Source: Octopus bimaculoides (taxonomy: Eukaryota). From it: DNA of 33,779 nt. Where the stretch lies: assembly GCF_001194135.2 (NCBI RefSeq), contig NC_068984.1, positions 102,714,704-102,748,482 of the forward strand. The letters are read 5' to 3'. Within the stretch, counting starts at the first letter, position 1; each line of letters opens with the position of its first letter. The translations under genes and the position numbers were made by a program. The notes under the pieces were generated by a model. The model saw nothing but the letters and a program-made list of their open reading frames with translations, made no database searches and had not been told where the DNA came from. Shown piece after piece: positions 23,826-33,779 of this stretch.

Positions 23826-25091
23826 TAGAATCTGAATCACTTTCTGGAGTTTTCCACTTTATGTCCATTGGTAATGCTGACAAAAGAAATATGAACACCA
23901 TTCTCGTCTTTACTCCCCACCCCAAGCCTGTGTAAATCAATTATTCTTTTAAGAATTAATAGAATAACACAGAATCCTTCGCGGATTTACGTTATGTTAA
24001 ATCTCTGCCGCACATTTCAGCGCTTAAATAACGTGAAGGGGAATATTTAAGGAAGGGACCAAGTTGATACAGAAATAAGCTGGAGAAATAACAGTTGCTA
24101 GGATATATGCTTTGAGATATATATGATTGAGGGAATGAGAAAAAGGGACGATGTGAAAAGACAGAAAGAATGAGGGGGAGAGAGAAAGAGAGAGGCAAAG
24201 ATGCGGTTAAATATTTCATATGAAGAGAATGAACTGATTTAACAATGAGCAAAGAAATGAAATTTCCAAGAATGTTTGGACAAGGAGGATTTTTTAAGGT
24301 TTCCTGCAGAATACGAACGGACTTTGAGGGATGTAAAATCAATTAAGTGAAAGGTTAGAGTAATGTCAAGCAGATAAATAACACGACGATATCGACAGGA
24401 GATAACACCGCAGAGTCTGGTGAACAAATGTAAAATTTGATCTCTAGCATCATCTGTCACAGAAGTGATGACAGCAGTGAAAAGAGAAAATGTCTCGATA
24501 TGTGACATTCTTATCAAAATTTAATAACAGCTCTATCGTGTTTTTGAACTAAACAAGTAATGTTAGAACCATTTGTTAAACACGTGGAAGAATCAATAGG
24601 ATATAAAGAAGAGAAGAGAGAAATGTGATGAAGATCAGTCGACTAAGTTGACTGTACTGCTAGCTGGAGATGACACGATGATGTCTAATACTTTAAAAAA
24701 ATGGTAACCCGATGTCAAAGGAGACAAATGTGTGGCTGTATGAATGCAGGAGTGAATGATACAAGCAAAGAAAACATATTATGATATGTGAATGTTTGGT
24801 TTTATAATGTTGTCACTATTAGACAACGCACCGAAATCATTTGCAAGTTAAGAGATAATGGTTGCAATGAGATCTTGTCATAGGAGACAGAACGTGTGAA
24901 AATCAATAATGTGCTGACAATGGGGAAATGATGGTGGAAAATAGACTATATGTTTTATGTATGAAGCAGCCGGTAGTGAAGTTTATATAAGTAACATTTG
25001 GAATTAATCAGTTTGTAATAGACTCACAAATATAGTATAGATAATACATGCATATATATATACACACATGAATATGCGCACATATCAGGAG

Positions 25092-25226
25092 CAGTGGTTC
25101 TTAAACCTTTTTCCTCGAGGACCACTTCATGTTCTCAAATGTTATGCGCAGGAGACCCAAATGAGTTATTTTTATGTTGATTTGGTGAAGCTACTAAAAG
25201 TAAGCCATCCCATGTTTTTAGAAACA
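25092..25226. mobile_element. Possible hAT-Charlie-type terminus or mini-element
   Basis: Starts CAGTGGTTCTTAAACC, a Charlie-like TIR. A possible degenerate partner is GTTTTAGAAACAATAC. No 8-bp TSD found. Confidence 0.4.
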
Positions 25227-25305
25227 ATACGTATATTACACACACACACACACACACATGTATATATTACATGCATGCTTGTGCGTGTGTGTGTGTTTTT
25301 GTGTG

Positions 25306-25337
<32 letters not shown>

Positions 25338-25979
25338 GGTGTGTGTGTGAATTAATGAATGACAAAAGGATAGCAGATACGGAATCACTTTCATTAGCTT
25401 ACAGCTTTTTCTCATATAAAAAGCGGTGCACTTAGAACCGAGCGCTTGTGCAGCATCTTATAGCTGCCTCGAAGCCATTAAAATGAAGTACACATTTATT
25501 CCAGAATTCCGTTAACTATAAGTACGTATAAAAACAATCCTTATATGAGTGCTTTTATGCACCTAGTGTCCATATGAGAGGTCCTCTCAAAATAAATAAC
25601 GCAGTATTCCATGTTCCAACTCAACATCCACGTTCAGTTGAGTATAAAGATTGCCTTGTGAGATTTATGCTGTTTCTCTCTGTATTAATAATCATTTAGT
25701 AAGCCTTTTAGTTATTTGCGACTTCAGTGCGTGGAAACACATATAGTTGAGTGTTCTCGTTTGTTCGGAAATTTCCACGTGCATAAGGTGTGTAACACTT
25801 TAAAAATTTCACCAAAACTTTAAGACTCGCCGACATTGCCGAGAAAGTGGAGCACTTTCACATGGAGAAAAGGTGATGAGGTACAATGAGAGTTGTGCGG
25901 CAGGTAGAAGCCGGTGGCAAACGAGCAAAAGAATTGATAACACTTCTGTGAAAGGTAGAAGGACGAAAATTTATTAGGA

Positions 25980-27780
25980 TTAGTAACATTGTTGCATTTT
26001 TGTAGAAATCATTTTGAAGTATGGTTTAATGCCAAGACTTTGGATTTTCATATCTGCTTCACCGTTCTGTCTATTGCGACAATGAATTTTGATTATCATG
26101 TGTGTAGAAAATCCCGCTTCGAATAAATACGTAATAAAACGAGTGATATACTCAAATAGCTTTTTATGATTGTTGTGGACCAAACATTAGAAAGTGGAAG
26201 TCTTTTTAATGATACCCGAAGAAATGCCCATAAATTTCTCATGTTCCTCTCTATTTAAATTCAGTGCTCTTCCTTTGACATTGAAGTGAACCCTGGTCTG
26301 AATTTAATGTTGTTCTATGATGTTTTGATCATTTACAAAGTGTTTACTAACTGAATTACAAAGATCATCCAAATGTTGATGGACTTTATTAAAAAATAAA
26401 GTGTTGAAAAATCATTTACATTAATTTTACCATCGAGTCTGTTGGAAACGTTTTTTTAAAATAGGGAAAATGTCAAGGGCACAGTTTTGTATTCCAGTTT
26501 TCCAAAATTTTAATTTCTAATTGATGGCTTGGACTGTATCATTGCCACCAAAAATTGTTACTTGTTTCTCTTGTAATGAAAATATTAACTTCATTCATTT
26601 TGAAAAAAAAAAAAAACATCTCAGCCAAATAACCAACTTTAAGTAACAAAAGTTTGCGCTAATCACTCTTTTGAAATGAAATTATATTCCATGAATATTA
26701 GCTGTTACATCATCTCTTACTTAAAATAGTCCCACCGGAATCTTCGTACGAGACAACTATTTTATGCAGGGCTTTGAAGATACTTTCCCTCTCATCACAC
26801 AGGATACTGAGAAGTTGTGTGTTCAAAGGTCCAAACTGACCAAAGAAAATAATCTTTATTGTCTCATCAGGGACACTTTTTAAACAGAATTATCATTGGT
26901 TATAGGAGCGCAAAGCCGTGGCAAATGTAATAACTTCTTGTACGGTTTAATGGTAGACAATGTACTAACTACTTGTACAATCTGATGATGGAAGATTTCA
27001 TGATGTTTTGCACACTTTGGATGTGAGAAATCTAAATACTGTCTGTACAGGTTTAACGGTGGAGTGTGTAATGATTTCTTGTACAGTTTGGCAAATGAGA
27101 ATAACGTAAAACTGTGCTACAGCAATGGCATTTTTACATTTTACCCAACACATTCTTTCCACAGCCAGTGGAGTTATTCAATTGTAAATTGTTAACCTCA
27201 AAGTTAATCAGTAGTTTGAATATTTCAGCTTATATGTATTGCTTCACAAAAATCCACACGAGAGCAAATCGTCAATTGTTTGTATCTGACAGGACTAACA
27301 AAACAGCAACTTCTGCCAGAATGTATAGATTCGTCCATTTGTATAGCGAATAAACAATTTAAAAGACGTGTTACCAATTCAGTTTTAAAGTAAACTGATA
27401 AATCCTTAACACGACAACACAATTATTAGAAGCTAAACTATCATGACTTCTTTCATTGAAAGACCACCCAGCAGGATTTAACACACAACTGCTGCAGAAG
27501 GTCACACGTCTCTTCATCTACGTGCTTCTCTAGCTAACGCAATACGATAACTTGCTTTGTAAGAAGTTAGTGTGACGCTTTTTCATCGCTTGTGTGTAAA
27601 GTTGTAAATGATTTTGCCTTTGAAAAATTTCAACATGCTTAAAACTTTCTTTTCCTTTTCTTTAAAATCTGAATAATTAGTCTCAAAATGACGTCGCAAT
27701 TTAACAAGGTTCATATTACTAATTGGTAATGTTTTGTAGTATAATAAACAGTAAAAAGAATCATTAATGGTTATAAAAGC
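25980..27780 (-). pseudogene. hAT-Charlie/Buster-type transposase relic (ZBED5/ZBED8-like family)
   Basis: Fragments in order: KLRRHFETNYSDFKEK; SYKASYRIALA; FAIQMDES..VRY; KSVPDETIKII..PLNTQLLSILCDE; LKVGYLAEMF..MNEVN.SLQEKQVTIF; KLKFWK...DIFPIL; FITYLFEAGFS..IK..RNR..EADMK. Many stops and frameshifts; a short repetitive insert lies at about 26900-27110. Confidence 0.8.
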
Positions 27781-28235
27781 TCAGAGAAACACATTCATTA
27801 TAATATTTGTTGTTTTCTGTTGGAAACATTATTTAATTTCTTTGGATTATAATTAGTGGTTTTCTTTCTCTCATGAACAGACTTTAATAAGAATTTTAAT
27901 TAAAATATTTTCCTATTAATTTTACATTTATTATAACGCTACAATATTTTCGCAGAAATGGATTTTTAAAAGAATAATTTCTGCACTACATATTTCTCAA
28001 TAATTTTTTTCTCGCGGGCACCAAGAGTTCCTCGGGCGATTCGTTGACTTGCTAATCAAGAGAATTGAAAAGTGCAAATTGAAACTAATGCACTGATCAA
28101 TCATTTTAAGATCAGTGATCGCAGTTTCGATTTCAAATTTTCCTAACGAATCATTTGGCACTTTTGATTTTTCAATTTCAAAATTAATAATATCATATTG
28201 AAACTGATGATTATATACGCGCATTCACACATACT

Positions 28236-28269
<34 letters not shown>

Positions 28270-28564
28270 CATTTTAGATTCGCCAGGAAAAGTAAACGTG
28301 TGAAATAATGACTAGGTAAGTACAAGATGTAGTTTAGTGCAGTACATGATATAGTACATGGGTATACAGTATAGTTTAGTGACGTTACTATTTGTAATAA
28401 TACTGGTAACACAGGGGAACTAACTAAAGCTCACGTTACTATTTCGACACCTGGATAAATTATGCAACTTGTTACACTCGAAGAAAATATATTGAAGCAA
28501 ACTTAGAAAGAGTTTGGCTGAATGAAAATTCACTTTGTGGTGTAATTTGTGCGACTAAGTGTTA

Positions 28565-28669
28565 TAGTCGGGCACAGCCTTGAAAGGTTTTATCGAACAA
28601 ATTGACCCCTGTACATATTTTTTTAAAGTCTGGAACTTATTCTGTTAGGGACGTAAAAAACCAATACCG

Positions 28670-28715
<46 letters not shown>

Positions 28716-28882
28716 ATAGGTGCTCACGCAGTTCTCGTCGTCGACCAAATTCACTCACAAAGCAATGGACGGTATCTGCGCTATAGTAAAAGACACTAGC
28801 CCAAGATACCGCATTGTAGGACTGAGTTCAAAAGCACGTGTTTGCCGAGCGTGCTTCTTGACTACACAGCCATGTCTGCGCC
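28565..28882 (-). mobile_element. SINE family A, degraded
   Basis: Reverse-complement head at 28730-28882 (..CTATAGTAAAAGACACTAGCCCAAG..CACAGCCATGTCTGCGCC), internal (CA)n, and body/tail fragments. Confidence 0.65.
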
Positions 28883-29959
28883 TGGAAGGGAAAGCGAAAC
28901 ATATTAGAAGCAGAGATATTTTACAAAGTTTGCAACGAGGAAACATGCCAGATTTTCACTTTAACATCTAAATTTTAACGATGCATTTTTTTAATCAGAA
29001 AATTAATCAGCAGATGCTGACTTGAAAATAAATTTTACTTTTTTAACACAGCAGTGCATTCGAATTTCATTAAGCGGTCAGGCATAAATTAACGGTCCGT
29101 CGGACGTAACAAACTAGTAACTTTGATGGAGATAACTGAGAGACAGTGGCACTTCATTCAACTAACAAAGTAATATATATATATACACACACAATAATTG
29201 CTCAAATATATATGGATATACGAGCGCACGCACACGCACACGCACACGTACACGCACACACACAAACACGTATGGACATACACATACAATAGATATACTC
29301 TTGTGAAAATTAGTTCATTTTTATTTTGTCGATAAACCTATTTTGTATGTAAAATTATACGCAAATACAAGATCACGACTCTATCTATCTATCTATCTAT
29401 CTATCTATCCGTCTGTCTGTCTGTCTGCCTGCCTTTTTATCTATCTTTCTATACGTACATACACACATACATGTATGTATATATATATATATATATATAT
29501 NNNNNNNNNNAAAAAGTCATGCTGAGAGTCATGTAAAGACAATTACAGGAAAACAGAAAAACAAAGTGAAAAGAAATCGGAAGGAAAAGGAAAAGAAAAA
29601 ATACATTTAAGAAAATATAAAAAAGTCGATTTGCTGATTGAGAAAATATTTCGTGAAAGTAACGAGATAATTTATTAAAGTAACAACAAAAAAAAAAAAG
29701 AAAAGGAAAAAGAAATAAAACAACTAATTACAAAGGAATATGCAAAGAAAAATATACAAAAAGAAACAAAGATGGAACCATAATTAAAACTGAGAAACCA
29801 TATAATGAGATTGAAATTGGTTTTGTTCGTTGTTGTACAAGGAAAGCAAAAACGATAGGTGGTTGTCGTCCGACACGAAGAGAAATATTAACAAGGGTAG
29901 CAACTATAGAGGGGAGGCGTTAGATAGAGATATGATTGTTGTAGTAACATGTGGGGCTT

Positions 29960-30420
29960 GATGATAATAGAGAGTAAGTATGTGGATTTATGAGAGTGTG
30001 TAGTACTGAAGAAGTCCATGTGAAGAGTCTGTATGCGTGATAGAGAGAGGAAGAGATAGGGAGAGGGAGATGAAGAGAGAGAAAGGGAGGAGAAAGAAGT
30101 GGAAGTGAGAGGAAAGAAGAGTAATGAAAAGGGGGAGGTGAGAAAAGGGGAGGGCGAGCGCGTTTGTATGTATGTGCGTGAAGTGTTTATGAAGTGTATT
30201 TGAAGTGCCTGCGTGTAACAGAGCGAGCAAGCGAGAAAGAGAGAGAGAAAACACAAAGAGAAGAAGAGAGAAGAAGAGAGAAGAAGAGAGAAGAAGAGTT
30301 TGTGTGAAGGAGACAGAGATAGTGCTCTACTGATAGTAGAGAGTAGATAAAGCAGAGAGAGAAAGTGAAAGAGTGAGAATGTGTGTATGTGTGTGTTTGT
30401 GTGTATCTGAGTGTGCGTGT
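29960..30420. repeat. Purine-rich low-complexity tract including (AGAGAAGAAG)x4
   Basis: Direct reading. Confidence 0.85.
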
Positions 30421-30610
30421 AGTAAGTTTTTGTTATATAGGTAATTATGTTTTTGTTTTTGTTGTTTACCACAACTGATATCTGATCGAATAAGTCAAAA
30501 GCGTTCCAGTCGTGACCGTCTCATCTTTAAGACAGAATTTATAGGAGACTACATTATTCAATGAAACCAATTTTAAGGTGGTTGGTTTTATATATATATA
30601 TATATATATA

Positions 30611-32039
30611 CAGGGTGCGTAGGAATTTGAGGAAATACCCTTTTTGGGGTCATTGCTACATGTTTTGCTAACTCTGCATAATCTTTGTTTCAGAAAATAA
30701 TAATGGCAGACCCTCAGCTTACTCTAGAAATGAAGAGGCATGCTGTTATTGTGGTTATAAAGGCTGAGCATAGCGATTTAGAAATATCTCGATTTTAAAA
30801 GTTGCCAGATCTTTCGTGTACAAAGTTTCTAAAGAGCTAGAGACTGAAGATGGAAACGTATCACCAGTATCAAAGCATAAAAAGCATTCTAAACTCTCTG
30901 AAATCATCAGAACACCTGAATTTATCCAGCAAGTTCAACAGTCCATGAAGTCAATTGCAAAAGGTCTCATGTGTCAGAAGAAACAATCAGAAATGTTGTC
31001 CACAAAGGTATCAGATGTAAGTCTTATATGATGAGGAAAGGTGAATTTGTCAGAAAAAGCAAAAGAAAAACACTACATCAGATCTGAAATGCTCTTAAAC
31101 AAACTGAAATATCCAGTAGAAGTTTTGATTTGTTTTTTTTCAAACGAGAAAAACTTCGACCAAGATCAAAAAGTTAACAGAAGAAATGACAGATGGTTAT
31201 GTGCAGACCCTTCTGAAGTTCCAAGTGTTATGCATAACAAATTTCCTGCAACTATCATGGTTTTATGGGTTGTCAGCAATGAAGGACATGTAATGCCTCC
31301 TTATTTCTTTCCACAAGGCCTTAGAGTTAACTCTCCCGCCTACATTGCAGTGCTGAAAATAATTGTTAAGCTCTCGATAGACAGTGTATGCAATGGAAGG
31401 CCATATGTGTTTCAGTAAGACTCAGCGGTTCATGGCGAAGGTATATATATATATATATATATATCTACAACTCTGTGTGTGTATGTATATATATACATGT
31501 ATGTGTGTGGTGTATATGTGTATGTATGTAGGTGTATCTTTGAGTTTCTCCCTCCCAATATCTCTTGACAAATGGTATTGGCTTGTTAACGTCCACGTAG
31601 TTTAGCAGTTCGGGAAAAGGAACCGGCAGTATAAGTAATGGACTTTGAAAATAGCTCTAGTAACACAGGGAACGGATGGCTGAAATTTTTCATGATCACA
31701 TAACTCCTAGCATTTAGCCTCCTAATTCCCCATTGCATTATTACATGTGGAGCGTTGTTGAGAGAGACGTCAATGAACATGTCCACAACACCAAAGGTTC
31801 TTGAAAGCTACCATAGTCAGAGTAATGTCAAAAATGAACCAGGACCACTTGATTCGAGCATGTAGATGACTTAGATCTCTTATAGAAGCAGTTGTTGAAG
31901 CTGAAGGTGACTTTATTGAATAACATTATATAAAAGAAAGTTTATTTTTATCCTCATTGCATTTTTGGTAAATAAATTTATTTATTATATATCTGTCATT
32001 TTATAAGCATAAACCTGTTCTCAAATATCGTACGTACCC

Positions 32040-32041
<2 letters not shown>
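30611..32041 (+). mobile_element. DD37D (maT/Bmmar1-like) transposon with transposase pseudogene (30703-31923)
   Basis: TIRs CAGGGTGCGTAGGAATTTGAGGAA and TTCTCAAATATCGTACGTACCCTG lie in TA-rich flanks. The translation includes FFSNEKNFDQDQKVNRRNDRWL, KFPATIMVLWVVSNEG, RPYVFQ*DSA, PPNSP..YYMWSVVERDVN and HLIRACR*LRSLIEAVVEAEGDFIE*. Frameshifts and an internal insertion are present. Confidence 0.92.
31441..31660 (+). mobile_element. Microsatellite plus SINE family A body fragment inserted in the DD37D transposase
   Basis: A (TA)n/(TG)-rich tract is followed by CTTGACAAATGGTATTGGCTTGTTAACGTCCACGTAGTTTAGCAGTTCGGGAAAAGGAACCGGCAGTATAAGTA, homologous to the SINE A body. The transposase reading resumes after 31660. 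Confidence 0.65.
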
Positions 32042-32082
<41 letters not shown>

Positions 32083-32951
32083 NNNNNNNNNNNNNNNNNN
32101 NNNNNNNNNNNNNNNNNNNNNNNNNNNNNNNNNNNNNNNNNNNNNNNNNNNNNNNNNNNNNNNNNNNNNNNNNNNNNNNNNNNNNNNNNNNNNNNNNNNN
32201 NNNNNNNNNNNNNNNNNNNNNNNNNNNNNNNNNNNNNNNNNNNNNNNNNNNNNNNNNNNNNNNNNNNNNNNNNNNNNNNNNNNNNNNNNNNNNNNNNNNN
32301 NNNNNNNNNNNNNNNNNNNNNNNNNNNNNNNNNNNNNNNNNNNNNNNNNNNNNNNNNNNNNNNNNNNNNNNNNNNNNNNNNNNNNNNNNNNNNNNNNNNN
32401 NNNNNNNNNNNNNNNNNNNNNNNNNNNNNNNNNNNNNNNNNNNNNNNNNNNNNNNNNNNNNNNNNNNNNNNNNNNNNNNNNNNNNNNNNNNNNNNNNNNN
32501 NNNNNNNNNNNNNNNNNNNNNNNNNNNNNNNNNNNNNNNNNNNNNNNNNNNNNNNNNNNNNNNNNNNNNNNNNNNNNNNNNNNNNNNNNNNNNNNNNNNN
32601 NNNNNNNNNNNNNNNNNNNNNNNNNNNNNNNNNNNNNNNNNNNNNNNNNNNNNNNNNNNNNNNNNNNNNNNNNNNNNNNNNNNNNNNNNNNNNNNNNNNN
32701 NNNNNNNNNNNNNNNNNNNNNNNNNNNNNNNNNNNNNNNNNNNNNNNNNNNNNNNNNNNNNNNNNNNNNNNNNNNNNNNNNNNNNNNNNNNNNNNNNNNN
32801 NNNNNNNNNNNNNNNNNNNNNNNNNNNNNNNNNNNNNNNNNNNNNNNNNNNNNNNNNNNNNNNNNNNNNNNNNNNNNNNNNNNNNNNNNNNNNNNNNNNN
32901 NNNNNNNNNNNNNNNNNNNNNNNNNNNNNNNNNNNNNNNNNNNNNNNNNNN

Positions 32952-33029
32952 CCAGTGAGACGCTGAGGTCGATGTAATCGACTAGTGCCCTCCCCACAAA
33001 TTTGAGGCTTTGCCCTTCCACTAGAAAGG

Positions 33030-33089
<60 letters not shown>
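32952..33089 (+). mobile_element. 3' end of SINE family C plus (ATT)20 tail
   Basis: GGTCGATGTAATCGACT... matches the reverse complement of 18500-18530. The 5' part is lost in the N-gap. Confidence 0.65.
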
Positions 33090-33092
<3 letters not shown>

Positions 33093-33556
33093 TGAGAGAG
33101 CAGTGCATGCCATCAAAGTGACACTGCGGTAAAATATACGAAGCCCAGTATATCCATCATCACTACCTGTCTGATAAGGGTACACCAGGCACATGCATTA
33201 CAACCATATGTGCGCAGCATAATGATCTTATGTCAAGATAAATGGCGCATAAATTTGCAGGTGGGGGACCTAGTTAGAATTTTCGTGAGGTCGAGTAGCC
33301 TATCCCGCTCAAAAAATCCTTAAATATGGGTTATTTAAGGATGTTGAACAAAGCACCAATTTTCCAGAGGTGAATTATCGAAACCCCAAAGAATTCCTCT
33401 CAACACATGACTATGATGCCCGCCCCCCACTACTTCTGCTTGTGATCAGAGATGCACTTATCGTTATCTACTAAGAGACATGCTCGACTGGTTACGGTCA
33501 AACAACTGACAAGCAAATCTGTGGTATTGAGCAGAATTTTTGCTGTAGCCCATCTT
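33090..33556 (-). mobile_element. Interspersed repeat ending (minus strand) in the (AAT)n tract
   Basis: I recognise this from memory as an abundant octopus repeat (CAGTGAGAGAGCAGTGCATGCCATCAAAGTGACAC...GCTGTAGCCCATC). The sequence itself shows only a sharp boundary at the triplet tract. Confidence 0.4.
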
Positions 33557-33779
33557 CTTCTTATTATTATTAGTCAAGACGAAGAGTGCGATTTTAGATG
33601 TTTTATTTTTTGAACAATATTTCGACAGAACATCTGTCTTTCTCAAGTTCAAACCAAAAGGTGATTGAAAATTCAAAATTTCAGAAATCAAACGTAAACT
33701 ATGAACGTGAGTAACCAGCGTCCATACGTTGATAGAGTGACATCATCAGCTTTTGTCAGTTTTTTAATAAGCAGAAAGA

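Noticed and set aside
23990-25020. Non-repetitive-looking stretch that might contain host exons
   Set aside because: No sustained reading frame, recognisable motif or convincing splice-site pair.

Overview
AT-rich, microsatellite-dense eukaryotic DNA with eight N-gaps (about 1908-2177, 5677-6367, 8285-8294, 12040-12554, 16242-16487, 22733-22742, 29501-29510, 32083-32951). The repeat families look like those I recall from octopus genomes (inference; no search run). I found no host protein-coding exon I can support, and nearly all listed ORFs are microsatellite, N-gap or transposon artefacts. The window is a graveyard of mobile elements. It holds two degraded DD34D mariner transposases, a DD37D (maT/Bmmar1-like) element, a long-TIR Tc1/mariner derivative, a hAT-Charlie/Buster transposase relic, a 3' fragment of a Penelope-like retroelement (GIY-YIG endonuclease) and many tRNA-derived SINEs. 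The most interesting signals are structural RNA/DNA features. (1) A tandem ~565-bp repeat at 12.5-13.8 kb in which each full unit carries a type I hammerhead-ribozyme fold (retrozyme-like). (2) A near-canonical hammerhead downstream of the Penelope-like ORF. (3) A ~570-700-bp foldback with four repeated modules carrying YY1/ETS/CCAAT-like motifs next to that element. (4) A perfect 498-bp palindrome and a 165-bp hairpin nearby. All alignments and folds were done by eye.
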